64,000 nt of DNA from Alphaproteobacteria bacterium (GTDB lineage Bacteria; Pseudomonadota; Alphaproteobacteria; Bin95). Shown here in pieces: positions 1-8,717 of this stretch (the stretch's first letter is position 1; each line of letters starts with the position of its first letter). The notes under the pieces were generated by a model. It saw only the letters and a list, made by a program, of their open reading frames with translations. It made no database searches and had not been told where the DNA came from. The position numbers and the translations under genes were made by a program. The stretch is from positions 1,773-65,772 of the forward strand of contig JAPOJR010000001.1 in the NCBI GenBank assembly GCA_029978325.1. The letters run 5' to 3'.

Positions 1-149
1 TTAAGGTTTGGACAGAGCCTAGCCCGGCTCTGTCCAATGGGCTAGGCGGAAGCGGCGAGCCGCATTAGCATTTGCCATGGTGGTCCTCGGCCCGCCCGCT
101 CATCCGGCAGGATCCGGGGCGCGATTTTTCCAAATCAGGAATTGGTCCC

Positions 150-539
150 ATGAACAAGCAACGCAATCCCGCCACCATGGCCGCCCCCATCGGTCCATTC
201 TGCCATACCTCGGAAGTGCCGGCGGGCTCCCGCATTCTCTACATTTCCGGGCAGGTCGGCATGAAGCCGGATGGCTCCATCCCGGAGAGCATTGAGGAGC
301 AGGCAGAGGCCACCTGGGCCAATATCGAGGCCTGTCTCGCCGATGCGGGCATGAGCGTTGCGGACCTGGTCAAGATTACCACATTCGTCGTCCGGCCCGA
401 GGACCTGCCGGCGGCTGGCAAAGCCCGCGCGGCCCATCTGGGCGATGCGCGGCCGACGTCCTCCACCGTCATCGTCAGCGCGCTCGTCGTGCCGAGCCTG
501 CTGATCGAGATTGAGGCGGTTGCGGCGGCTAAAGCCTGA
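150..539 (+). CDS. RidA/YjgF-family protein (reactive intermediate deaminase-like)
   Basis: ORF 72..539 (TTG at 72). An internal ATG at 150 (MNKQRNPATMAAPIGPF..) gives ~129 aa, the usual RidA size. The motifs AAPIGPF, ILYISGQVG and ITTFVV fit the YjgF/RidA fold. Confidence 0.75.
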   Translation: MNKQRNPATMAAPIGPFCHTSEVPAGSRILYISGQVGMKPDGSIPESIEEQAEATWANIEACLADAGMSVADLVKITTFVVRPEDLPAAGKARAAHLGDARPTSSTVIVSALVVPSLLIEIEAVAAAKA

Positions 540-567
540 CGTCCGCCACCCCGCGCCCGAAATCGGC

Positions 568-596
568 TTGAGATCGGCGCGCGCAGCCCATACTCT
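568..596 (+). promoter_or_regulatory. Candidate sigma70-type promoter for the TauD-like gene
   Basis: TTGAGA (568-573), 17-nt spacer, TACTCT (591-596). GGAGGA Shine-Dalgarno at 624-629 lies 6 nt before the ATG at 636. Confidence 0.4.
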
Positions 597-635
597 CCTG
601 CCCGAGACTGAGTTTCCCGGAACGGAGGAAATGCC

Positions 636-1742
636 ATGGACCAACGCGACCTGAAGCCGGTGACCGGCCCCCGCGTGTGGCGCGGCGAAGACATGGCGGC
701 GCGGAGCGGCGAGTGGACCTATACCCTGTCGCCGTCCGAGATTGCCGAACTGGACGCGGCGGTCGCCACGGTCGATGCGCAGGGGCTGGACGTGCTCGAC
801 ATCCGGCGGGAGGGCTTCCCGCTGCCGACCCTCGGCCAGAAACTCGGGCAAATTCAGGACGACCTGCAGCATGGCGTCGGCTTCGCCATGATCCGCGGCG
901 TGCCGGTGGAGCGGTACAACCGGAAGCAGGCGGCCATCGCCTATTTCGGCATCGGCACGTATCTGGGCGAGGCGGTCTCGCAGAACGCGCGGGGCCATGC
1001 GCTCGGCCATGTCTATGACCTGGGGGTGGACGCCACCCTGCCGCTCGGCCGCGGCTACCAGACCTCGCAAAAGCTGAACTTCCACACGGACCCCGCCGAC
1101 ATTGTCGGCCTGCTCTGCCTGAAAAAGGCGAAGGCCGGCGGGCTCAGCAGCATTGTCAGCTCCGGCGCAGTGTTCAACGCCATGCTGGAGCGGCGGCCGG
1201 ACCTGGTGCAGGTGCTGACGGAGACGCTCTACCGCGACCGCCGCGGTGAAATCCCGGACGGCTGCGAGCCGTGGTACCGCCTGCCGGTGTTCAACTTCCG
1301 CGACGGCAACATGACCACCAACTATGTGCGCAGCACCATCGAGAAAGCCCAGCGCTTCGAGGAGGTGCCTCGCCTGACGGAAACGCAGCGCGAGGCCTTT
1401 GCCCTGCTGGAGGAAATCGCCGCCGACCCGCGCATGGTGCTGAGCATCGCGTTCGAGCCCGGCGACATCCAGTTCCTGAACGACCACTACATCATGCACT
1501 CGCGCACGGCCTATCAGGACTATGAGGAGCCGGAGAAGCGCCGCCACCTGCTGCGCCTCTGGCTGGCCGCCGACGCCGGGCCGCCGCTCGCCGATGCCTA
1601 TTACGAGTTCATGGGCAAGACGGCGTCCGGCCGCCCGAACGGCTACCTGATGCCGGGCGTAACGCTGACGGCACCGCTGACGCCGGAAGACGGCGGGCCG
1701 GGCGATATCGCGCTTAGAAAGGCAGCGACCGCGGCGGAGTGA
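636..1742 (+). CDS. TauD/TfdA-family Fe(II)/2-oxoglutarate-dependent dioxygenase
   Basis: 368-aa ORF with an HTD (HxD) iron-binding motif in LNFHTDPADIVGL. Overall resemblance to taurine-dioxygenase-like proteins, and a good RBS. Confidence 0.8.
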   Translation: MDQRDLKPVTGPRVWRGEDMAARSGEWTYTLSPSEIAELDAAVATVDAQGLDVLDIRREGFPLPTLGQKLGQIQDDLQHGVGFAMIRGVPVERYNRKQAAIAYFGIGTYLGEAVSQNARGHALGHVYDLGVDATLPLGRGYQTSQKLNFHTDPADIVGLLCLKKAKAGGLSSIVSSGAVFNAMLERRPDLVQVLTETLYRDRRGEIPDGCEPWYRLPVFNFRDGNMTTNYVRSTIEKAQRFEEVPRLTETQREAFALLEEIAADPRMVLSIAFEPGDIQFLNDHYIMHSRTAYQDYEEPEKRRHLLRLWLAADAGPPLADAYYEFMGKTASGRPNGYLMPGVTLTAPLTPEDGGPGDIALRKAATAAE

Positions 1743-1748
1743 GGGGGC

Positions 1749-4700
1749 TCAGCCGCCCCGCGGCCCCACCACCCGGAACACCTCGGTCGGCTGGCGGATG
1801 CCTTTGAAGGTCATTTCGCCGGTGGATTCGGCTTCGAAGTCGTCCTCCACCGCCGTATAGGCGCGGGGGCTGAGCAGGATTTCGCCGTCCTCGGCATGAT
1901 CGCAGAGGCGGGCGGCCATGTTCACTGCCGAGCCATTGGCGGTGTAGTCGAAGCGGCCCTCCGACCCCACCATGCCGACCGTGGCGTAGCCGAGCGAGAC
2001 GCCGACGCCGAAGCCCAGGCGGTGGCCGAGCCGTTTCCAGCGCTGGCAGATCTCCGCCATCTTCTCCCGCATGGCGAGGGCGAGGCGGAGCGCGTCGCCC
2101 GCCGGGTCGTCGCAGGGGAAGGGATCGTTGAAAATCACCATGATGCCGTCGCCCCAGCGATGATCGACGCCCGCGCCATGTGCGTTGATCAGCTTGCCCA
2201 TCTCTTCGTGATAGGTCTGGAGGAATTCGATGGTCTCCTCCGGCTCCGCCGTCTCGCAGAAGGCGGTGAAGCCGCGGATATCGCAGAACAGAATGCCGAT
2301 CAGCGCCCGGTGGCTGGAGAGAATGTTCTCATCGCCGGACGAGACCACCGCATCCGCCACCGCCGGCGAGAGAAAGCGCTTCAGGCGCCCCATCCGCTCG
2401 ATCTCGCCCACCTGCTCCTCCACCCGGTCGCCGAGTTCAGTGTTGAGGGCTTCTAGGGCGCGGAACTGGCGGACGTTCTCAATGGCGATGACGGCCTGGG
2501 CGGCGAAGGTCTCCAGCAGCGTGATCTCCCGCTCGGCAAACCGCTCAACCCGTTGCCGGTACAGCACGAAAGAGCCAATGGCGGTGTCGCCGCTGCGAAG
2601 GGGAATGACCAGTTGGGTGCGCATTCCTTCATCATCGACGACTATGCGCCGGATGCTATCGCCGGCGCGGTATAGCTCCTCCTCTCGCATGTCTTCCGTG
2701 TGAATGGTTCTGTTTTCGCGGACTGCTAGCGCGGTGTTTTGTTGGGAGTCGAGTGGGACCGAGGAAACACCCACCTCAAACACGCTCAGCTTCTTCCCCG
2801 CGTAGGCTGCGAGGACCATGGTGTCCGAGTCTTCCTGCATCATGGCCAAAAGGCACATGTCCACACGGCAAAGCCTGCGCGAGCTTTCCAGAATTGTATC
2901 GAACACCGGGCGTTCGTCGGCGCGTGAGCCGGAAATCACTTGCAGGATTTCACGGTTTGCCGCCTCCCGCTCCAGGCGGGTCTGGAGTTCGCGGAATTGT
3001 CGGACGTTTTCGATAGCGATGACGGCTTGGGCGGCGAAGGTTTCCAGCAGGGCGATCTGGTCAGAGCTAAATGGCTTTTCTTCGAACCGACGCAACGAAA
3101 TTGCCCCGATTGCCCGTCCGCCCGACACCAACGGTACAGCCAACAAAATCCGGACGCCCTCGCCATCATACAAGCGGTGATAATAGTCGTCGCGTTCGGC
3201 GTAGAGGTCGGTATTTGTTAAATTCTCATGAACAACGCGCACTTCTCGGATTGCCACCGCGCCCACACTATCGCGGCTAAGCGAGATTTTGGTGCCGATC
3301 CTGAAAGTCTTATACGGGTCGCCCGAGATCGCTCGGGGAACGTAGTATTCTCTCGCGTCATCGACCAAACTTAACAGCGCATTTGGCGAACCACACAGCT
3401 TCGCAGCACTCTCGAGCAATACGTCGAACACCGGCTGTTCATCATCCTGGTGCTGACTGATAACGGACAGGATTTCCCGCGTCGCCGCTTCCCGCTCCAG
3501 CCGGGTCTGGAGTTCGCGGAACTGGCGGACGTTCTCAATCGCGATGACGGCTTGCGCGGCGAAGGTCTCCACCAAGGCGGCATCGGCAATGGTGAATGGC
3601 CGGACCTCGCGGCGGCTCAGCAGGATGCAGCCGATGGCTTCCTCGCCATTGAGCAGCGGCACGTAGAGGCGGCTGCGCAGTCCTTCCTCCTCCACCAGGC
3701 GCACCGTGTTCGGCAGCCCTTGCCTGTACTGATCGGTCTCCGCCAAGTCGGCTATGTTGGCGGTGCGGGCGTCAAGGATGGTTTGCGCGATCAGCGACGG
3801 CGGCTCCAGCGCGTGCTGCTGGCCGAGCGTCCAAGAACGCACCTCCTCGCCATGGAAGGCGGTATCGATGAAGACGCTTCTGGACTCGTCAACCAGCACG
3901 AGCCAAGCCATTGGCGCACCGCAGAGCCGGGCTGCCCGTTCCAGTATCGTATCGAATACCGGCTGCTCGTCGTCGCGCGAGCGTGAGATGACGTGGAGGA
4001 TTTCCTTGGACGCCGCCTCCCGCTCCAGCCGTGTCTGGAGTTCGCGGAACTGGCGGGCGTTCTCGATGGCGATGACGGCTTGGGCGGCGAAACTCTGCAC
4101 AAGGGCGATCTCGTCGTCGCTGAAGGGAGCGACTTCCTTGCGGCTCAGGCCGATGGTGCCAACCGCTTCACCGCCGACGGTAAGCGGAACGAACAGGATC
4201 GTCCGGATGCCGCCAACATCCGCGATGGTGCGGGCAATTGGGTGGCCCGCTTTATAGGCCTCGCCTTCCCGCACATCATGCAGATGGTAAATCCGGTTCT
4301 CCAATAGAGCCCGCGCCGACAAACGCTCCGGGTCAAGCGGTCTCATTTCGGTGAAGCTAGCGCCCCCAAATTCATCACCGTAGCTGGCAGCGAGCGCATA
4401 TTGGGTCTTGTCCTCGCTTGCGATCAGCAGGTCCCCGCGGGAGGCATGGCACAGGCGCGCCGCATGCTCGACGATTACGTCAAAGACAGGTGTTTCATCA
4501 TCCCGGCTCTGGCTGATGACGGACAGGATTTCCCGCGTTGCCGCCTCCCGCTCCAACCGGGTCTGGAGTTCACGGAACTGGCGCACGTTCTCAATGGCGA
4601 TGACGGCTTGGGCGGCGAAGGTTTCGAGGAGGGCGATGTGTTCATCTTCATAGGGAAGTACTTCCCGCCGGCTGAGCGTGAGGCAGCCGATTGCGATACC

Positions 4701-5708
4701 ATCCTTCAAGAGCGGCACGGTCAACTGAGTGCGCAGGCCTTCCCGCTGAGCCAATTGGACCTGAACAGGACTGGCCGCATTCTCCCTGATATCGGCGATA
4801 TGCACCGTGGAGCCTTGGTTGATGGCTTTTGCAAGGTTCGAGGTTGAATCGAGCGGCATGCGGAAGCTAGGCTCTATGGAAGGTACATTCTCTCCCCAAT
4901 TGGCGGCCACCGCAAAGTGCGTGCGTTCAGCTTCGACCAAATACAAGCGGGCCATCGGAGACGGGCACAGGCGAGCGGCATTCTCCAGAATGAAATCGAA
5001 CACCGGAGTCTCGTCATCGCGGCTTTGGCTGATGACCGAGAGAAGTTCCCGCGTGGCCGCCTCATGCTCCAGCCTTGTCTGGAGTTCGCGGAACTGGCGG
5101 GCGTTCTCGATGGCGATGACGGCCTGGTCGGCGAAGGTTTCCAGCAGTGCAACTTGGTTCGGTGCGAAAGGTACTGGCTCGGCTTTGCGCAAAGAGATCG
5201 CGCCGATTGCCCGCCCACCGGAAATCAGCGGCACGCCTAGCAGCGTTCTGATCCCCTCTCTATCCACCAACTGCCGCCGTAACGGATCACCTTGCCTGTA
5301 AAGGTCGGTGTTCGGCAGGTCCGCCTCTTGGACAACGCGGGCCTCACGCACTGAGGTATGCACTACGTTTGGGGCGGAGAGCGGGAATTTCGTGCCGATC
5401 TCGATCTCTTTGTATTGTTCCCCCCAACCCGCCGTGTAGATGAGATTTTCCTGAGATTCATCAACAAGCACGAGCGCAGCGTTTGGCGAACCGCAAAGTG
5501 TTGCCGCAGCCTTCAGGATTGCCTCAAACACCGGCTGCTCGTCATGTCGTGACCGGGCGACAACGCGCATGATTTCGCGCGTTGCGTCCGTGTAGGCGCG
5601 CAGCGTGGCGGGGCCATCGTCAGCGGCCATAATTTGTGGACTAGCGGGTCCGTCGGACAAAGGGCGTTCCCCAGAGCTTGAGCGCTTCAGCGCAAAGCAT
5701 AGCCGCAC
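1749..5708 (-). CDS. Multi-GAF-domain sensor fused to a class III adenylate/guanylate cyclase
   Basis: 1319-aa ORF. Seven GAF-like modules, six of them separated by the near-identical linker QAVIAIENxRQFRELQTRLEREAATREILSVISQSRDDExPVFD. The C-terminal catalytic domain carries FCDIRGFT, GDGIMVIF and NMAARL motifs typical of nucleotidyl cyclases. The true start may be the internal ATG at ~5630 (MAADDGP). Confidence 0.85.
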   Translation of the reverse strand: MRLCFALKRSSSGERPLSDGPASPQIMAADDGPATLRAYTDATREIMRVVARSRHDEQPVFEAILKAAATLCGSPNAALVLVDESQENLIYTAGWGEQYKEIEIGTKFPLSAPNVVHTSVREARVVQEADLPNTDLYRQGDPLRRQLVDREGIRTLLGVPLISGGRAIGAISLRKAEPVPFAPNQVALLETFADQAVIAIENARQFRELQTRLEHEAATRELLSVISQSRDDETPVFDFILENAARLCPSPMARLYLVEAERTHFAVAANWGENVPSIEPSFRMPLDSTSNLAKAINQGSTVHIADIRENAASPVQVQLAQREGLRTQLTVPLLKDGIAIGCLTLSRREVLPYEDEHIALLETFAAQAVIAIENVRQFRELQTRLEREAATREILSVISQSRDDETPVFDVIVEHAARLCHASRGDLLIASEDKTQYALAASYGDEFGGASFTEMRPLDPERLSARALLENRIYHLHDVREGEAYKAGHPIARTIADVGGIRTILFVPLTVGGEAVGTIGLSRKEVAPFSDDEIALVQSFAAQAVIAIENARQFRELQTRLEREAASKEILHVISRSRDDEQPVFDTILERAARLCGAPMAWLVLVDESRSVFIDTAFHGEEVRSWTLGQQHALEPPSLIAQTILDARTANIADLAETDQYRQGLPNTVRLVEEEGLRSRLYVPLLNGEEAIGCILLSRREVRPFTIADAALVETFAAQAVIAIENVRQFRELQTRLEREAATREILSVISQHQDDEQPVFDVLLESAAKLCGSPNALLSLVDDAREYYVPRAISGDPYKTFRIGTKISLSRDSVGAVAIREVRVVHENLTNTDLYAERDDYYHRLYDGEGVRILLAVPLVSGGRAIGAISLRRFEEKPFSSDQIALLETFAAQAVIAIENVRQFRELQTRLEREAANREILQVISGSRADERPVFDTILESSRRLCRVDMCLLAMMQEDSDTMVLAAYAGKKLSVFEVGVSSVPLDSQQNTALAVRENRTIHTEDMREEELYRAGDSIRRIVVDDEGMRTQLVIPLRSGDTAIGSFVLYRQRVERFAEREITLLETFAAQAVIAIENVRQFRALEALNTELGDRVEEQVGEIERMGRLKRFLSPAVADAVVSSGDENILSSHRALIGILFCDIRGFTAFCETAEPEETIEFLQTYHEEMGKLINAHGAGVDHRWGDGIMVIFNDPFPCDDPAGDALRLALAMREKMAEICQRWKRLGHRLGFGVGVSLGYATVGMVGSEGRFDYTANGSAVNMAARLCDHAEDGEILLSPRAYTAVEDDFEAESTGEMTFKGIRQPTEVFRVVGPRGG
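2440..5620. repeat. Six tandem direct repeats of ~525-530 bp, each encoding one GAF module, inside the cyclase gene
   Basis: The core gcggaactggcggacgttctcaatggcgatgacggc(t/c)tgggcggcgaaggt recurs near 2459, 2989, 3517, 4044, 4572 and 5090. Antisense ORFs repeat RVWSSRNWRTFSMAMTAWAAKVSS, confirming DNA-level repetition. Confidence 0.85.
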
Positions 5709-5825
5709 TGCGACCGCACCGCTACCCGGCGCAGATCCATCGTTCCGGTTTACAACACTGGTGGCCTGATTAAAGGTTACGCCAACATTGCAAGCGCCGC
5801 CTTATCCGTCCGGGAGCCGCCTCTT

Positions 5826-7481
5826 ATGTCCGAGCCCTATCTCTACGACTTCATGAACGTGGACCGCGCCTACAAGAGCGCCGTCGCCAGCTACCGCCCG
5901 CAAATCCCGGCGGATTTCAACTTCGCCTATGACGTGATCGACCGCCAGGGCCGCGACCACGACAAGACCGCCGTCATCGCCATTTCCGGCGATGGCCAGA
6001 CCGTGCGCGAGGTCTCCTATTCCCAGATGTCGGAGAATTCGTCCCGCTTCGCCAACGGCCTCGCCGGCCTCGGCATGCAACAGGGGGACTTTGTCTGCCT
6101 GATCGGCAGCCGTATCCCGGAGTGGTACGACGCGCTGTTCGGCGCCATGAAGATCGGCGCGGTCTCCATGCCGGGCACGACGCTGCTGACCGCCAAGGAC
6201 ATCGCCTACCGGGTCAACCACTCGGGCGCGACCGGCGTGATCGTGACGCCGGAGCATTGCGAGAAGGTGGACGCCATCCGCGCCGAATGTCCAACGCTGA
6301 AATACTTCGTCGTCATCGGCCCGGCCCCCTCCAATCCAAACGGGCCCGGCTGGACCTCGTCCTACGAGATGTGCGCGGCGGCCTCTCCGGTGATGGAGAA
6401 ACGTGTGGCGGTGAAATCCTCCGACATGATGATGGCCTATTTCACCAGCGGCACCACGGCGCTGCCGAAGATGGTGCCGCGCGACTTCGCCTATGGCCTG
6501 GCCCACGCCTCGACCGCGCTGTTCTGGATGGACCTCCGCCGCGACGACGTGCACTGGACGCTGACCGATACCGGCTGGGCCAAGGCCGCCTGGGGCATGC
6601 TGTTCCCGCAATTCCTGATCGGCTGCTCCGTCGTGTTGTTCGACGGCGCCGGCTTCGATCCGGTGCTGCATCTGGAGATCATAAAGAAGCTGCGCGTCTC
6701 CACCTTCTGCGCGCCGCCGACGGCCTACCGCATGTTCGCGCAGATGGACCTGACCCAGTTCGACCTCTCGTCCGTGCGCCGCTCCATGGGCGCCGGCGAG
6801 CCGCTGAACCCGGAGGTCATCCGCTACTGGCGCGACCAGACCGGCACCACGATTGCGGATGGCTATGGCCAGACCGAGACCATCAACATCATCGCCAACT
6901 TCCCGGACCAGCCGGTCAAGCCCGGCTCCATGGGCCAGCCGGTGCCGGGCATCGACATGCGCGTGGTCGATGACGAGGGCAAGGAACTGCCGCCCGGCGA
7001 GATCGGCCATATCGCCTGCAAAATCACCGACCCCTACCCGCCCGGCCTGTTCGAGGGCTACTACACCGGCGGCGAGCCGGACCGGAAGGCGTTCCGCAAC
7101 GGCTATTACTACACCGGCGACACCGCCACGCGGGACGAGGATGGCTATTTCTGGTTCGTCGGCCGCGCGGACGACCTGATCGGCTCTGCCGGCTACCGCA
7201 TCAGCCCGTTCGAGGTTGAAAGCGCCCTGCTGGAGCACCCCGCCGTCGCCGAAAGCGCCGTCATCGGCGAGCCGGACCAGATGCGCGGCCAGATCGTGGC
7301 GGCCTATATCATCCTCGCCAAAGGCTACGTTGGCTCGCCGGAACTGGCCCAGGAAATCCAGGAATTCTGCAAGGACCTGACCGCCCCCTACAAATACCCG
7401 CGCCGGGTGTATTTCGTGACAGAACTGCCCAAGACCATCAGCGGCAAAATCCGCCGGGTGGAGTTGCGCGGCGAGGGCTGA
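5826..7481 (+). CDS. AMP-forming acyl-CoA synthetase / AMP-dependent ligase (medium-chain-like)
   Basis: 551 aa; AMP-binding signature YFTSGTTALPKMV; C-terminal YRTGD-like and GKI(R) lysine motifs. Confidence 0.85.
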   Translation: MSEPYLYDFMNVDRAYKSAVASYRPQIPADFNFAYDVIDRQGRDHDKTAVIAISGDGQTVREVSYSQMSENSSRFANGLAGLGMQQGDFVCLIGSRIPEWYDALFGAMKIGAVSMPGTTLLTAKDIAYRVNHSGATGVIVTPEHCEKVDAIRAECPTLKYFVVIGPAPSNPNGPGWTSSYEMCAAASPVMEKRVAVKSSDMMMAYFTSGTTALPKMVPRDFAYGLAHASTALFWMDLRRDDVHWTLTDTGWAKAAWGMLFPQFLIGCSVVLFDGAGFDPVLHLEIIKKLRVSTFCAPPTAYRMFAQMDLTQFDLSSVRRSMGAGEPLNPEVIRYWRDQTGTTIADGYGQTETINIIANFPDQPVKPGSMGQPVPGIDMRVVDDEGKELPPGEIGHIACKITDPYPPGLFEGYYTGGEPDRKAFRNGYYYTGDTATRDEDGYFWFVGRADDLIGSAGYRISPFEVESALLEHPAVAESAVIGEPDQMRGQIVAAYIILAKGYVGSPELAQEIQEFCKDLTAPYKYPRRVYFVTELPKTISGKIRRVELRGEG

Positions 7482-7495
7482 ACGTGGGCAAAGCG

Positions 7496-7524
7496 CCGCC
7501 CGCCAACCAAACGCTGGCGGGCGG
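7496..7524. terminator. GC-rich hairpin between convergent genes; possible bidirectional terminator
   Basis: ccgcccgcc / ggcgggcgg 9-bp stem with an 11-nt loop, lying between the synthetase stop (7481) and the SDR stop (7533). No T-run follows. Confidence 0.35.
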
Positions 7525-7532
7525 TACAGGCA

Positions 7533-8315
7533 TCAGGCGTTCTTGATGGTCAGCCCGGCATCCACGGGCAAGGCCACGCCGTTGATATAGCTGGCAGCCG
7601 GCAGGACTAGGCTCAGCGTGCCGTGCGCCACCTCTTCCGGGTCGGCATAGCGGGCAATCGGGATGCGACGACGGGCGAATTTCTGCTTGGCGTCTTCTGG
7701 ATACTTTTCGGTCATGCCGGTGCGGATCGCGCCGGGGCAGATGCAATTGACCGTAATGCCTTCCTTGCCCAACTCCACCGCCAGCGAGCGCGTCAGGCCG
7801 ATCACCGCGTGCTTGGTCGAGGTGTAAGGACTGATGGACGGCGTCGCGCCCAGGCCCTCGGTCGAGGCGATGTTCACCACCCGGCCGCCTGTCTCGCACC
7901 GGCGCAGCCATGGCAATGCCGCCCGGATGGTATAGGTGTGAGCGGTGATGTTCACCGCCACCGCGCGCGTCCATTGCGCATCGTAGTCATCGGAGTCGAT
8001 AGGCGCGCGGACGGAAATGCCGGCATTGTTCACCAGGATATCCAACCCGCCGAACCGCCCGGCGACCGCCGCCACCACCTGATGCACCGCGGCCTTGTCC
8101 GCCACGTCCAGCGCCCAGGCCTGCGCCGAGCCGCCGGCAGCCCGGATCGCCTGCGCGGTGGCCTCCGCCGTATCGCCATTGATATCGCAACAGGCGACAT
8201 GCGCCCCTTCGTCGGCAAACAGATAGGACGTCGCCCGGCCCATGCCGGAACCGGCGCCCGTGACCATCGCCACCTTGCCGGCGATCGAACGGGAAAGCTT
8301 GCTGAGCCGCGCCAT
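7533..8315 (-). CDS. Short-chain dehydrogenase/reductase (SDR) family oxidoreductase
   Basis: 260 aa; N-terminal TGAGSGMG Rossmann motif; LVNNAGI; YxxxK region. Confidence 0.85.
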   Translation of the reverse strand: MARLSKLSRSIAGKVAMVTGAGSGMGRATSYLFADEGAHVACCDINGDTAEATAQAIRAAGGSAQAWALDVADKAAVHQVVAAVAGRFGGLDILVNNAGISVRAPIDSDDYDAQWTRAVAVNITAHTYTIRAALPWLRRCETGGRVVNIASTEGLGATPSISPYTSTKHAVIGLTRSLAVELGKEGITVNCICPGAIRTGMTEKYPEDAKQKFARRRIPIARYADPEEVAHGTLSLVLPAASYINGVALPVDAGLTIKNA

Positions 8316-8483
8316 CGCGCATTCCTCCTGTTACCTGATTTTACCGCAGTCTCCGGCGGTGCGCATCGCCGATCATAACCGCCCGGCGCGCAGCAGGAAA
8401 TGCCCCCGGCACATCCGCGTTAGAGCCCCGTTAAGCATAAACTTTGTAGCCTGGGGACCTCTTTGGCCAAAAAGGAATCGACT

Positions 8484-8717
8484 ATGGCCCGCCATCGGAA
8501 ACTGGACCCGAATTCCGCGCTCTCCCGCGAGGCGCTGGAAACCCTTCTCGACCTGGTCGAAATCCGGCTGGGGTGCGTGGAAGTATACGACCGCGAAGAC
8601 GCGCGGGAGCTGAAGCAACTGGAAAAGACCCGCGACCAGTTGAATGGCATGCTAGGCATCGGCACCCAGAGGGCAACATCTGCCGCCCTCCCCCTGCGAG
8701 ACCGGGTGCCGGCCTGA
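8484..8717 (+). CDS. Hypothetical small protein (77 aa)
   Basis: ATG at 8484 preceded by AAGGA (8472-8476) at good spacing. No recognisable domain. Sits between the SDR gene and gatB. Confidence 0.4.
   Translation: MARHRKLDPNSALSREALETLLDLVEIRLGCVEVYDREDARELKQLEKTRDQLNGMLGIGTQRATSAALPLRDRVPA

Noticed and set aside
135-1547. 470-aa minus-strand ORF spanning the ridA and tauD region
   Set aside because: It is antisense to two well-supported genes. It has a GC-rich low-complexity composition (Arg/Ala/Gly-rich) typical of shadow ORFs in high-GC DNA.
2230-5301. Series of plus-strand ORFs (for example 2230..2703, 2818..3180, 3754..4257, 4408..4653, 4807..5301) repeating RVWSSRNWRTFSMAMTAWAAKVSS
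   Set aside because: They are antisense reflections of the tandem GAF repeats inside the cyclase gene. Their periodicity mirrors the DNA repeat, not independent genes.
5709-5825. Divergent promoter region between the cyclase and acyl-CoA synthetase genes
   Set aside because: There are candidate -35-like hexamers (TTACAA, TTGCAA) but no convincing -10 at proper spacing, so it is not reported as a feature.
5802-7238. 478-aa minus-strand ORF antisense to the acyl-CoA synthetase gene
   Set aside because: Shadow ORF. The sense-strand protein has clear AMP-binding motifs and the antisense product is low-complexity.
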